Translations under genes and position numbers: made by a program
Assembly (NCBI RefSeq): GCF_009914755.1
Contig: NC_060935.1
Length of the DNA stretch: 64,000 nucleotides
Direction: 5' to 3' (one strand)
DNA from: the human T2T-CHM13v2.0 reference genome, Homo sapiens
Notes under the pieces: generated by a model
What the model saw: the letters and a program-made list of their open reading frames with translations, nothing else
Told to the model about the DNA's origin: nothing
Database searches by the model: none
Shown: one piece after another, positions 40,265 through 54,690 of the stretch
How positions within the stretch are numbered: position 1 is the first letter of the stretch
Layout of the letters: the number at the start of each line of letters is the position of its first letter

Positions 40265-42105
40265 TGAGGAGGTCTTCAAAAAGTTTATAGAAAATGTACA
40301 TTATGAAAAATGATGTGAGGATTTAAAAATGTTTTGCACCAAAATAAACTTGTACTAATATGTTACAACATATTTGAACAAGATCTAGTTTGAGGCACTA
40401 AGAAGGATAAAACATCAGTTTGTAAAAAAGCCTCTATTAAGTAACATGAATTCTACTAAAATTGAAGCAAGAACAAACATAAAATTTATAGTGAAACTCG
40501 GGTGGAAGAATAGTCTAATTGTTGATGCTTTATAAAAAGTTTTTAAAAATCAGTAGTTTATAAATTGCTAACTCATTTTAAGAAGAAGTGAGACAATGTT
40601 GAAGATAAAGCCCACAGTGTCAGGTCATCCATATCAAATTGCAAGGAAAAAAATAATCTTGTCTATGCCTTAACTGAACAAGACTGATGATTAACAGCAG
40701 AAACAACATCTAACACCATGGACATTTCAACTGGTTTAACTTACACAATTCTGATTGAAAAATTAAAGATTCCAAAACTGTTGTGCCCAGATCAGTTGTA
40801 GACAAGAGCAGAGTTTTCAATGCAAATTATAATTAAGTGGGATCAAGATCCTGAAACATATCTTCAAAGAACTGTAATAGAAGATGAAACATGGCTCCAC
40901 CAGTATCATCCTGAAGACAAAACACAGTCATAGCAATGACTACCAAAAGATGGAAATGAAGACTAGTTGAGAGCAAAGTCCATGGCAGTAGTTTTTTTGG
41001 GATACTCAAGGCATTTTTGTTGGATGACTTTCTGGAGGGCCAAAGAATAATAACATCTGCTTATTATGAGAATGTTTTGAGAAAGTCAGCCAAAACTTTA
41101 GCAGAAAAATGCCCGGGAAACCTTCACCAGAGAGTTCTTCTCCACCATGCTAATGCTCCTGCTCATTCCTCTCATCAAACGGTGGCAATTTTGCAAGAGT
41201 TTTGATCAGAAATCATTAGGTATCCACCTTATAGTCCTGATTTAGCTCTTTCTGTCTTCTTTTTGTTTCCTAATGTTAAGAAATCTATAAAAGACATCTA
41301 TTTTTTCTTCAGCTAGTAATATAACAAAGACTGCATTGACATGGTTAAACTCCCAGCATCCTCAGTTATTTAGAAATAGACTAAATGGCTGGTATCATTG
41401 ATTGCTTACACTGTTAGTGGGAGTGTGAATTAGTTCAACCACTGTGAAAGACAGTGTGGCAATTCCTAAAGGATCTAGAACCAGAAATACCATTTGGCCC
41501 AGCAATCCCATTACTGTGTATATACCCAAAAGATTATAAATCATTCTACTATAAAGACACATGCACATGTATGTTTATTGCAGCACTGACTAGGAACCAA
41601 CCCAAATGCCCATCAGTGATAGACTGGTTAAAGAAAACGTGGCATATATATGGAATACTATGCAGCCATAAAAAAGGATGAGTTCATGCCCTTTGCATGG
41701 ACATGGATGAGGCTGGAAAACATCATTCTCAGCAAACTAACACAAGAACAGAAAACCAAACACCACATGTTCCCACTCATAAGTGGGAGTTGAACAATGC
41801 AAACACATGGACATCGGGAAGGGAACATCACATACTGGGGCCTGTCAGCGGGTGGGGGCTAGGGGAGGGATAGCATTAGGAGAAATACCTAATGAAGATG
41901 ACAGGTTGATGGGTGCAGCAAACCACCATGACACATGTATACCTATGTAACAAACCTGCACATTCTGCACATGTATCCCAGAACTTAAAGTATAATAAAT
42001 TTTTAAAAATGCCTTGAACTTGATGAAGGTTGTGTTGACAAATAGTATACACTTTTATTTTTGTCTTTTAATTCTATTTTCCATGAACTTTTTGAAATCC
42101 TCTTA
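40265..42105 (+). mobile_element. Full-length HSMAR2 mariner with dead transposase, interrupted by L1PA
   Basis: TIRs gtcttcaaaaagtttatagaaaatg and attttccatgaactttttgaa with flanking TA; transposase start 40446 (MNSTKIEARTNIKF); EDETWLHQY, LHHANAPAH (ORF 41017-41205) and YSPDLA motifs. Confidence 0.92.
41408..42005 (+). mobile_element. 5'-truncated L1PA7-like insertion inside HSMAR2
   Basis: acactgttagtgggagtg...gatctagaaccagaaatacc...tagcattaggagaaatacctaatg...cccagaacttaaagtataataaa; mariner sequence resumes afterwards (ttgaacttgatg). Confidence 0.9.
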
Positions 42106-42109
42106 TATA

Positions 42110-44075
42110 ATAAATTGCATGTATATAAAGTGAACAATGTGATAAATTTTGGCATATGTGTACAATTGTAGAACCATTAAAACAATCAAGAAAATATATA
42201 TATTCATCACTCCCAAAAGTTTCTTCATGCTCCCTTGTAATTCCTTCCTCCTGTCACCTCTTCTATCAGGTAACCCCTAATCTATGTGCCTCCTGCCATT
42301 ACAAATCAGTTCACATTTTCTATAATATATAAATAGAATCATATAGTAAATATTTGTATAGGTTTTTTTTCACTCAGTGTTAATTATTTTGAGATGTTTC
42401 AATGTTGTTTAATGTATCCATAGAGTACCCATTTTTAGTGGGATATATGCCACATACCATAAAATTTACTCTTTTAAAGTGTACAATTCAGTAGTTTTAA
42501 TTATATTTTCATGATTGTGCAGTCATCACCACTAATTCCAGAACAATTCCATATGTCTAGAAAAAAATATCATGCACATTAGCAGTCATTCTCATTTGCT
42601 CCTTCCCCAGACCCTGGCAAACACTAATCTACTTTCTTTCTCTATGCATTTGTCCATTCTGGACATTTCATATAAATGAATCATTCAATATGTGGCCTTT
42701 TACCTGTGGTTTCTTTTGCTGAGCATAATGTTTTCAAGGTTAATCATATTGTGGTATATATTAGTGTACCATTCCTTTCATGGTTGAATAATGTTCTATG
42801 TTTTATATATATTACATTTTCCTTTTCTGTTCATTAGTTGATAGACACTAGGGTTGTTTTCACTTTAGGACTATTATGAACAATGTTGCTGTGAAAATTT
42901 CTGTACAATTTTGCATGAGAATACATTTTTCAGTTTTCTTGGCTATACACATAGAGGTAGAATTGCTAGGTCATATGGCAGCACTATGTTTAACTTTTTG
43001 AATTGTTAGACTGTTTTCCAAATTGGCTGTACCATTTCATGTTCCCACCAGCAATGCATAAGAATTCTGATTTGTCCACATCCTTGCCAAAACATGTCAT
43101 TGTCTTTTTTATTATGGCCATCCTAATGAAGAGGTATCTCATTTTGATTTTTACTTGCATTTTCTGCTGTCTTATCATATTTAGCATTTTTTTCATTTGC
43201 TTACTGAAGATTTTATGTATGTTTGGGGAAAATATGTATTCAAATCTTTTGATCATTTTTAAATTGGGTTGCTTGTCTTTTTATTGTAGACCTGTAAGAA
43301 TGTTTTATGTATTCTAGATACCAGACTCTAATCAAATACACAATTTAATAGTATTTGCTCCCATTTAATAAATTGTCCTTTCTCTTCTTTTATAGAATTC
43401 TTTGAAGCAAAAAGTTTTAAATTACATAAAGTCCAATTTATCTATGTTTTGGTTTCTTGTGATTTAGGTTTTAGACCTAAGAAATCGCCTAATTATTGGT
43501 CGCAAATATTTATATCTGTTTTCTTCTAAGGGTTTTAAAGTTTTGTTACTTACATTTAGATCTTTTATCTATTTTGAGTTAATCATGGATATGGTGGGAG
43601 GTAGGGGTCCAACTTAATTCATTTGCACGTGGATATCCAACTGTCTCAGCATCATTTGTTAAAAAGGAGATTCTTTTTCCATTAAATTGTTTTGATAACC
43701 TTGTCAAAAATTGACTATAAATGCACGAGATTATTTCTGAAATCTCAATTCTGTTCCTTTGATCTATGTGCCTATTCTTATTCCAGTACCATAGTTTTGA
43801 TGATTGCATCTCTGTAGTAAATTTTGTAATTGTGAAGTCTGAACTCTCAAACTTTGTTCTTCTTTTTAAAGACTATTTTGGATATTTGGGGAGCTCATTT
43901 ACTTTTATTGCTAGGTCATTTTCCACTGTATGGATAACCCACAATTTCTTTACTTATTCACTGTTGATGGGCATTTGAGTTGTTTCCAATTTAGGCTATT
44001 TCAAATTTCTATAAATGTTTGAATGTATGTCTTCGTATAGAAATACATTTTGATTTTTCTTGGGTAAATAACAAG
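42110..44075 (-). mobile_element. L1ME-like 3' end (~42110-42430 and ~43890-44075) with nested L1MB-like element (~42432-43890)
   Basis: Two stacked antisense L1 3' UTRs (tataaagtgaacaat...; ttttaaagtgtacaattcagt...ccctggcaaacactaatctactttc); ORFs 42990-43256 and 43579-43809 resemble the ORF2 C-terminus. Confidence 0.8.
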
Positions 44076-45541
44076 CAGTTCAATGGTGTTGTGTTTTTAA
44101 ACAGCAGATTGTCTAGCCATTGTATATCAATCCCCAGGTCCCTGTCACATGGTTATGCAGTACACACATGGAGTTATGATCAAGAGGTTGGTACAATAAA
44201 AAAAACACAAATGAAACAGCATGAAAGGCTGAAACAAATGAATAGCTTTTAGTGCATTCAAAAACATTCTGCCTTGAGGAAATAAAGCAAGTCCTTGGCT
44301 AAGAGTTAGAAAAGAGAAACCTATGAGAAGACATTTTAGGTCTCTAATTTTATAATTTCATTTCATTATAAAATTTCATCTTTTGATGTTTTAGTGTAAC
44401 ATGCTCCAAAAGCAGACATTTAAAATTTTAGGATTATCCATGGACCCTTGACTTGCCCCTGGATCATAGGTTAAGCATCTTGGACTTAATCTGGGCAAAC
44501 AGAGATGCTTTTGCCATTGAAATCAATCAGCTCTTCAGACCTAATGAGTTGCATTCCATTTACACATCCCACAAATCAAAATAAAATGGTTATGGAGAAA
44601 CAGTAATTTGTTTCCAGTAGTGTTTTTGGGGGGAGAACATGATGGGATCTCAGGAAGCAGCAGCATCTGAATTTTTATGCACGTTCTCTTGAAATATTTT
44701 GCTTTTGAATTTTGAAATGCAGAATGATAATTAAGTTCATGGGAGCTGGCTAAGATTGGGCAGCCAATTCGCAGGTGTGGGAAACATCTGAATCAACCCT
44801 TTCCAGGGGTGAGGGTGCCAAGGTGAACACCTGGCTGTGCATAGACTGCTTTGTCTGCCAAAATCATTGCGAAATGATGGGCAGAATAAACAGCAGTTCA
44901 AAGACTAAGCACAACTAAATACTGAATGAAAAAAGGATAAGATAGTCCTGACAGTCCTGAGGATAAGAAATCTAAGATTGGGAGCTAAAGGTTAGAGAAA
45001 ATGCTATTTAAATGCGGCAAACAAACTAACTTTCTCAATTGTTGTTGCTGAAATTTTTTCATCATTGTTGGGACTGAAGACTCACTGATATTTTATTAAA
45101 ACAACCTTCCTAATCCTGTGATAACACAATGCTTTGTGTATAATATTAGGGTGGGAAGAAATTTTAGAGGTCATTTAGACTAAATGGATTGTCTGATATT
45201 TTAATTTCCTATAGCTGGGAACTAAACTAAGTATCAGTATACAGATGTAAATGTACAGTGCTCATCTCCAGAAAACCCATGGTGCTAATAAACCATTCAA
45301 TCAGAGAAAATTTCTAATAAATTATAATAAATGTGTTACAAGCATGTACACATACTGTTATAAAGGGCAAATACAGGAAATGATGTTAAATCAGAGAGGA
45401 GAGAATGCCAAGCAGGGCTTTGCAGAGGAGAATCTCAAGAGTTAATGACAGAGAATTTCAGGTAGAAATGAAGGGAGGCATAGAACTGCATGATATGTTC
45501 AGGCAATTGTATGGAGATAATTCATTTACAGGCATATCACC

Positions 45542-45905
45542 TAATATAGTTTGCTCTGTGTCCCCACCCAAATCTCATCTCAAATTGTAATCCCCACATG
45601 TTGAAGGAGGGAGCTGGTGGGGGTGATTGGATCATAGGGGCAGTTTGCCCCATGCTCTTCTTGTGATAGTGAGTTCTCATGAGATCTGGTTGTTTGATTA
45701 GTGTCTAGTGCTTCCCCCTCGTCTCTCTCTCTCTCCGGCCGCCATGTAAGATGTGCCTTGCTTCCCCTTCATCTTCTGCCATGATTTTAAGTTTCTTGAG
45801 GCCTCTTCAGCCATGCAGAACTGTGAATACATTAAATCTCTTTTCTTTATAAATTACCCAGACTCAGGTAGTAACTTTACACCAGTGGGAAAATGGACTA
45901 ATACA
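45542..45905 (+). mobile_element. THE1D solo LTR
   Basis: tttgctctgtgtccccacccaaatctcatctc...ggactaataca; near-perfect 5-bp TSD tcacc/tcaac. Confidence 0.88.
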
Positions 45906-46060
45906 TCAACTTTACACAGATTTTTTTTAAGTCCTGCCTGTTTTCTGACAGTCCTATGTGACCTCAATAGGGCCAGGTTTCTAGAATTTCTGTTGTGCTG
46001 CCATATTTAGATCACTTCTTTATATTATAGTACTCAGTGTGTAAAATTACATTTAGTGTC

Positions 46061-46674
<614 letters not shown>

Positions 46675-47089
46675 GCTATCATAGTTATTGTTAAAAACTA
46701 CTAAAAACTTCTTATTGGCTTCAAACGAAGAGTATGGATTTGAGTTTTTAAAGCAACTTAAAATTATAAAACTTTAAATGAACTTATAGAATTAAAAATC
46801 AAATAATATGAAAGCATTTAAAAGGTGAAATAAATGCTACAAAATAAGATTACATTTATAGTCTTGTGGAATAGACTTGTTCAATGAAAATATGAGGGGA
46901 ATGTCAAATATTAAAAAATTTTATATATGATAAATAAAATTAGTAGAATTATGGACCCAAATTATGTTGAGCTTTGTAATATGAGACAGAAGTCTAATTC
47001 AAAATACTTTCTTGGGCTATACTATATAAAATTTGGACTCCTTTTTGCTCCCCAAAGCACCCATATTCTTACCCTATTTTATTCTTTTT

Positions 47090-47280
47090 AGCACATACCA
47101 TTACCTAATCCACTTTAAATAGTTACTTTTATATCTTCTTCATTTATCTCTCCACCAGAATGTGAAATCTTTAAGGTCACGAATTGGTCTTTCTTATTTG
47201 TAGCTATATTTCCATTATCTGAAAGAGTAGCTTAACAAATCATAGGCACCAAATAAATATTTATTAAAAAATAAATGTAT
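47090..47280 (+). mobile_element. L2 3' end
   Basis: accagaatgtgaaatctttaagg...cataggcaccaaataaatatttatt. Confidence 0.65.
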
Positions 47281-49537
47281 AGATGGCTTGAGCAAAAAGG
47301 ATATCACTATAGCTTAGCTAGAAGGATACTGAGTGCAGTTAATGAAATAATTATATAAATAATTATGAACAAAATTAATTCCTCAGTAGCAGGAATTAAG
47401 CAATTATTAGTGTCTTTAAAACAATACCTCTTTGTCCATTTATTAACAGTGCATATCTCTGCTGAACTGTTTTTTTTCTTGTGTATGTGTGTGTGTGTAA
47501 GTATGTTGGTCTCCTGTCTTTCTCCATGCAATTGAAAAGGCGGCTACTGGTAGCTTCAGAAATATATCATCTCCTAGCAATTTCAGAGGGAAAAGAATGC
47601 TTCTTCCTCCTGAATAACTCAAATCAGTTTCTCAGAAAGATTGTGATTGGGTCGTTTGCTTGCTTTATAAGAATTACTAAAGTAACGTGGACAGGTAATA
47701 TAATTAGAAGGCTTAGAACTCATTCTCATTCATGAAGTTGAAGAGGGAGGGGAATAGGTGTACTTCATAGTATCAAGATTGAATCTGCATCCAAATGAAA
47801 AGAGAGAGGTAGTTTTAAAAGTTAAAGGACACTAGACAAAAAATATGCATACTATGGGTCAAACTTCACTTCTAAACAAGGCAAAATTCTGCATCCTATG
47901 GTTAGCTAAGGTTAACCAATAAATACATTGTTTTCTCACAGAACTTAAATGTGGCCTTAGAATTTATCTCATTGAACTTTGATATGGCCGTAGAATCCAT
48001 TTTTGTGTAGACTTCCGTACATCTCTACAAATTCCTTACTTTTGGACCTTCATCTGAATTTGTTTTGCATTACTTGCTGAATAATTACAGAATACCAAAG
48101 GGATCTACAATAATGAATGCAAATAAATAATGTGTCATAGATCTCTCACAGAAGAGGCAATCTTCCCCTAGTCCAAGGAATGGGAATAGGGACAATCTAT
48201 TAGGTGGGATGTCATCATTAATAGCAGCCACAAGGAGTCCTCCTAAGGATAATATGTGAAAAATGAGTAAGTAGCATACAAGAGGTCACTCAATAGTCAA
48301 AGCTTGAAAGAATACCTACCCAAACAATCTAGAGATGTAAGAGTAGCCACAATAAAATTTAGGATGAAATCAGGAAAGCCATGTATCCACACAGAGAAAA
48401 GCAATGAGAAGTTTACAAGTCGGAATCCTAGACAAAGATCTAAAAATGCTGAGTTCGTGCTTTCAAAAAACAGTCCAGTCCAAGTGTCCACATGTAGTGT
48501 GTGCTGATGGAGCTAGCTCTTCCGCAACCTGGCTCACTACTGGGAGCCCAGGAATCCCTGGGACAAGCAGATAAGCCAGGACTGAAGTTTTAAAGTATCA
48601 ACTACTGCAAATCAAAGTAGGCAGCCTCATGAATAGACTTCATGATATTAGTTGAGCCATCGCTGCCTTCATTATCATTTTTATGCCTTTGGGGTCACTG
48701 TGTGGTTTGGTCCAAGCTGTTCTCAAAACTTGCAGTGCAACAGATCTGTGTCTACTTTAGCAGGCAAAGACTCTCATAAGATTTGATAGTATATATTATT
48801 TAATTACTTAATATCCACTAATTAGACTCTTTTCCTTCTAAAGAAGAATGTCCCCCAAGCAACACATTGTAACTTTCTAAGACAGTTGGTGCCAGATGAG
48901 ATTAAAAATGCAGTTACTGTACTAGATAACATTCACCTTATGCTTTAGTAAACATTCCTTTAATAACTATTTGTTGGTTTCTCAAAAGCAATATCCCATA
49001 TTAAACAGACAATTCAAATGTGACAATTCCTCTGTAACAAAGAAGCTGAATTTCTGTAATAAGTGGGAAACATTTCATTCCAGTCTTCTCAGGTACCAGA
49101 ATCACGGACTTCAGTAGAAGAGGGAATAGGGAGAGAGGTGGGAGGCTGATCTGTTCTTGGCCTAGCACGGTGCTGTAATTCCTCACCCTTCTGGTTTCCA
49201 CAGATCGTTGCAGAGTAATGCTTGAAGTGTGTGACTTTGGACTTCTGCTGCTTTAAAAGGCCCGGTGGCTTTCCAACCAAATCCTTAGACTCAATCTATT
49301 GGTGTGTTTGTCTAATAAATTCTTTTCGTAGTAAATTTAAAAAAAAAGCAATTAAAAGTTTAATGTCGAGTAGATGCTCATGAATCGCTACAGCACATTC
49401 TGCCTTGTCTATTAGAAGCTTCAAATTAGGGCCTGTTTCCTGAGGCAACTGAATCAGATGTACACTTCCCTTCTATGCACTGGCTTGAGTTAGTATTTAG
49501 GTAACCATCTCCATCATATAATCTTAGCTCAAATAAT

Positions 49538-49688
49538 TTATTTTTACTTTTTCTTCTTAGAGAGAGGGTCTCTGTCACCTGTCCTGGAGTGCAGTGGCAC
49601 AATCATAGCTCACTTCATCCTGGAACTACCAGCCTCAAGCCTCGCCTCCCAAAGCACTGTTATTATAGGTATGAACCACCGCACCCAG
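49538..49688 (-). mobile_element. Alu monomer (FAM/FRAM/AluJ-like)
   Basis: gggtctctgtcacc...ctggagtgcagtggcacaatcatagctcac...gcctcccaaagcactg...ccaccgcaccca; flanked by tcaaataat on both sides (TSD). Confidence 0.8.
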
Positions 49689-52606
49689 ATCAAATAATGT
49701 TTTTCTGCTGTTTAACTCCCCACACTTCCAATAAATATATCATTTGCTTGATGGATTTGACTTTGTTGACTATATTTTTGGATGTCAGCTAAGGTCGCAT
49801 CCAATGGCCCACCCCAGTACTGTCATTGCCATTTGATACCTATTAGTTGCTTGATCAATTTCCTTGGGGACTCTTTTCACACTCTGTTTCAGAGTACTCA
49901 AAGAAGAAATACATCTCAGATACAGGTTCCTTTCAATCGGATTCACTAGTCATCTTAAGCAACGTTCAGGAAACTTTAATTTAAACATATTAATTATCTA
50001 CAAGGGCAATTTTAATTCAATAGTATTTAAATATTATTTCCTTCCCTTGTAAAATTTAGGCCTTATTATTTTTTAGGATGTAAACAAAAGTGAATGTAAT
50101 CTGGAAAATAATAATTGTTTTAAAGAGCTTTGAGGTTATATTGTGACCTACATTACCATAAATGTTTCATCTATTGAAATCAACTGAACTGTTTCAAAAC
50201 ATCAGTTTGGAGGGCTCTTGTTAGCCATATTCCTTTACATTTCATGTTAAACACCACATAATTGATGCTAGCAATATATCTCTAAAACATTTGCATGCAT
50301 CAGTTAGTTAACAAACTTTTATGGGAAGAGTCATTAATTTCTTCAAAATAGATGCTTTTTATAGTTATATTCCACTTAGGAGGTAGAACTTTCTCCTGGT
50401 TTGCAGGTTTTATCTTTCATTAGTATGTCTTTTTTTTTCCCCAAAAAATCCAGGGTAGCTTCCCTCCCTGAAGCACAGGAAATCTGGGTTAGACAGTTTT
50501 CTCTGGCACTGAGTATAGACCCTGTAAAAATTGAGTTACCTTTAGCTCAAATCTTTGCCCTGAGGATTGTAACTAATCTAAATTCTGTTGTCATGTCAGA
50601 GAAGGATCTGCCTGGCCAGTTGTGGGCTGCAGATGATTTTGTCAACTGTTCTTAATACCAATTAACTGTGTAAGGCTAGTAGGCCTGTTGCCTTGCCAGT
50701 GCACCGAGCTTGCTTGTATATACCCTAACCTTACATTAATGATATGGTTGGATTGCAGTCAGTAGTTGCTTCAAAAGTAAACTTTCTAGAGAAATTTGGC
50801 AGACATATTTGCAATTATTCCTTCATGGTTTGCACCCAAAATCTAATATCTGGGCTGTAGAGAGCGTGCTTAGCCAGTTCCATTTTTGCTATTTTTTTCT
50901 TTTTATTTAGCTTGTCAGAAAAAGTATTCTATGAATATCAAATAATTCAAGTTTTTTGTTCTAAGTACTTTTTTTTTCACTCATCCTTCTTCTATCTCAT
51001 AGTGCTAGCTGATAAGAATATGTTACAAAGAAGTGAGCCCAATGGGGCAAAATATGAGCTTGATTACAGGTACATTGGATCAGAGAACATGAGAAAAGTT
51101 TGTACCTCCCTCCTCCAATCCAGATCTTGGAGGGTATAACTTTATTGATTCACTCAATACATTGCAAGGAGGGATTCTGAAAGAGGTAGAGTATAGATTG
51201 GTCTGGGTTTATAGAGACAGGCCACGTATAACATGTCTGGAGACTAGTTGAGAGAGAACTCCGAATGCCCATGTACAGACAGGTCTGGGAGGACCAGAGA
51301 CAAGGCTGGATTCACATTAAAAGTGACCCTAACAGGATTCAACCCACTGGGGACATGGAGCTATTGGATTAGTCACTCTTTTTTAATCGAGGAAAGCAAG
51401 ACAGGAGAACAAATAAAAGAACTGAGATTTAGACTCCAGTGTTATCACACCATATGAGATGAGAAAGAATATTTTGAATTTTTCAGGGCAGTTTTTTTGC
51501 TCAGTTGAATATTTCTGTATTTACTTAAAGATAAAACTTGGTATAAAACTTAATATAGCCAAAAGTAAAGATGTTTTTGAGATTACATGACTTAAAATGT
51601 TGGTAGGCCTCTCTGTGTAAAAGTAAAATCTATAATATTGGGTACTGATATTTGGGATATTTGTATTGATTCTTGAGCTGAAAGGGTAACACTCTTGCAT
51701 TATTGGTATTCTTAAGTAACATAAAACATATGTATATGCAACAACTTTTTAGAATACTTTGCCTAAATTAGTATTCCTGGCTGTTTATTTGGAATAAATC
51801 CCAGAAAACATATTATCACATTGGAGTATATACATTTTTTGTCACTATCATCACTAAAATAAGAAGAAAATTAAGAGGTTTCATCCCCGTATATCACATT
51901 CAATTGTGCTCCAATAATTTTCATCTCTGATAGAAACGAATTTTGGGTTTGAGATGCAGCTCAAGAACAAAAAAAGGCAGTAGTTGTTTATTTTTCTATT
52001 TAGTGGGGATTACATATTTGAGAATATCACATAAGCCATGGAAGCGTCTTCTAAAAAAAAATACATTATACACATGTAGAAAATTTAGTATACATTGCAT
52101 AGTGGTATATGGATAATCCAGTAACTTACTCATACTTATCAGTTTTAGGGTCCATAATTGGAGAGAAATCAGCACTATATGAGTTTTGTGATCAGTTATT
52201 AACGTAAAGAAATAACCACTTGGTATTGAGGAAAAATTAACCATTTTATTAAGTTTTTTAACCATTTAAGAGGCAGGGCTTGTTTGTCTCTGCCTTCTTC
52301 TATGTAACATATTTTGAAAAACAGAAAGAGTTATGACCTGGAACAAAGGTGTTACAATAACCATGTAGACTTAAAATTGGGATAGTGACATCCAAAAAGT
52401 TCAAAGTTAGTGTTTTGTATAGTTTGATATCCTATACCTCACTGTAGGCAGTTAGGATTATTTCAGTAATGAAGTACAGTGGTTACGCTGTGAAGATTTG
52501 CTTGAAGACTTGCTTGTTTCTTATGTGACTTTCACCGATAATACAATGATCATATAATATTTATAAAGCTACATTACATATATGTATCATATAACACCCA
52601 CAAATA

Positions 52607-52948
52607 CAGCCATGGACTGCATACCAGTATTTCAGTCAACAATGGACTGCGTTTATGGTGGTGGCCCGATAAAATTATAATATCATATTTTTATTATACC
52701 TTTTCTATGTTTGGATGTGTTTAGATACTCAAGTTCTTACCATTGTGTTACAATTGCCTACAGTATTCAGTACAGTAAAATGCTGTGCAGGTTTGTAACC
52801 TAGAAGCACTAGGCTATACTATATACCCTGGGAGTGTAATAGGCTCTATCATCCAGGTTTGTGTAAGTATACCCTATGATGTTTGTGCAATGACTAAACA
52901 AGGTGCATTTCTCGGAATATATCTTCACCATCAGGTGATACATGACTG
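52607..52948. mobile_element. Tigger3a (MER7A)
   Basis: cagccatg...gtcaacaatggactgc...cattgtgttacaattgcctacagtattcagtacagtaa...catgactg; ~340 bp with TIRs. Confidence 0.85.
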
Positions 52949-53629
52949 CATATGGATGTTATTCTGCAAATTCCATGTATTTAAAGTCTTCCTACCTAGC
53001 TTTCTAAAACAGGTGGAAAACACCTAGTCCAAGAGATTGAAGAAGTTTTAAATATTCTGCTCTGTGGCATCAGGGAAGTACTACATTGGCATTTATTCTC
53101 AACCACATATCAAAACATATACAGCATGCCAATTTCATGTGTTGCCTCTCCTTTACTTACTTTACTCAGCTTGAAGCCTCTTTTATTTATCCTTCCCAAA
53201 CGAAACCTTCCTAGTCTTAATTCTGTGGAAATGGCAGCAACAAGGTATGATTGTAATGAGGCTGAGCCATATGTGGGAGCCTTTCCTCTTACAGCCTTTC
53301 ACACACCACCAATGGACTCTCCTGCTGTGTATGGTTGAGGGAAAAGTCAGTTCAGGAAGTTGCACCAAAGCTGAACTCATGCTTGCAGAAGTGAAGGCAA
53401 TCGCCTTATTTATTTGTATCTTTAATATTTGCTTATGGTGGGAAACTTGAGATGTCACATTGTCCTTTGCTCTGATAAAGTTAGTAATGATCATATTTGT
53501 TTTATCCTTTCATTTGTTGAACTAAGTTGGTCCCAAAATCAAAGCAATCTTGTTTTGAGGAATAAGCCCTTACTTGGCTACTGAATCAAAATGTCTGTAC
53601 TTCATGACTTTTCTTCTATACACATTCTT

Positions 53630-53730
53630 CGAAACAGAGATATAGACCAATGGAACAGAACAGAGCCCTCAGAAATAATGTCGCATATCTACAACTATCT
53701 GATCTTTGACAAACCTGACAAAAAAAAAAA
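53630..53730 (+). mobile_element. Isolated internal L1PA ORF2 fragment with A11 tail
   Basis: Encodes [29 protein letters not shown], near-identical to young L1PA ORF2 (compare ORF 61952-62950). Confidence 0.9.
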
Positions 53731-54539
53731 GATTACCATTTCTTTAGCACCCTTTTTCTGCTTACCACTCTCCACTAGGCACACAGTATATACAAACTCT
53801 ATTCCTCATAAAATGTTTACAAAATATTTTTATTACTTCTACATTAAAGGAGACCGAGTTTCAGAATTATTAAGGTCAATATGACACAGAAAAGCATTTG
53901 AGATTGATTTATTTTGGCCCAAAACCTCACATTCACCACACTATACAATGTTAAACTAGAACTGTTCAAATGAGACACTTCTGCCCAGGTAGTCATTTGT
54001 GAGTAAAACTGGTACATATATAACCATAATGAGGAAATCACTTTGAAGTGCAACAAGTTTAAAGTTCAACATACAGATTCTTCTATCACATTCTAATTAC
54101 CAGTAATTCATGTCATTATGATTGATATAATTTCATCGAGTTACATTGCAGGAGTTCAGCTCAAGTGTTTGAGGCCAAATTGTGGCGGTGCAACAAGCAA
54201 GTGACTGAACTGAGCCCAAAATAATTAAACTCTTTGCTTAAATAACTGCACAATTAACTTAAAAGAAACAAATGGAAAACAAAAGAACTCCACCACCAAA
54301 CAAACATATAACAACATGAACAAAGGGACAAAATAACCTCAAAAATAAATGTAAGCAATAAATTAAATTACTATAATGTTATGGGAAACAAATTTCATTT
54401 ATAGTGTTTGGGTTGACCTTCTCTCCATCTCACAGGAAGAAGCTGATGTAGTACATAGACACTGCAAATCAAGGTTTTCAAATTAAATTAGATATATTTA
54501 CATATAGATGTGTATACGTGCATTAGTATTTTTAAGTTT

Positions 54540-54690
54540 AATATATTTTCTATTTTTAAATGTGTTGATGTACTTATTTATGGGGTACATGTGAAATTTA
54601 TTACATGTGTAGAATGTAAAGATCAAGTCAGGGTAATTAGGGTATCCATAATTATGATCAAAGTATTATCATTTTTATGTGTTGTGTGTG
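54540..54690 (-). mobile_element. L1MA 3' end fragment
   Basis: atttatggggtacatgtga...gatcaagtcagggtaattagggtatccat. Confidence 0.7.

Noticed and set aside
41017-41205. Mariner transposase ORF as a domesticated gene
   Set aside because: Short, catalytic aspartate mutated, surrounded by stops and deletions.
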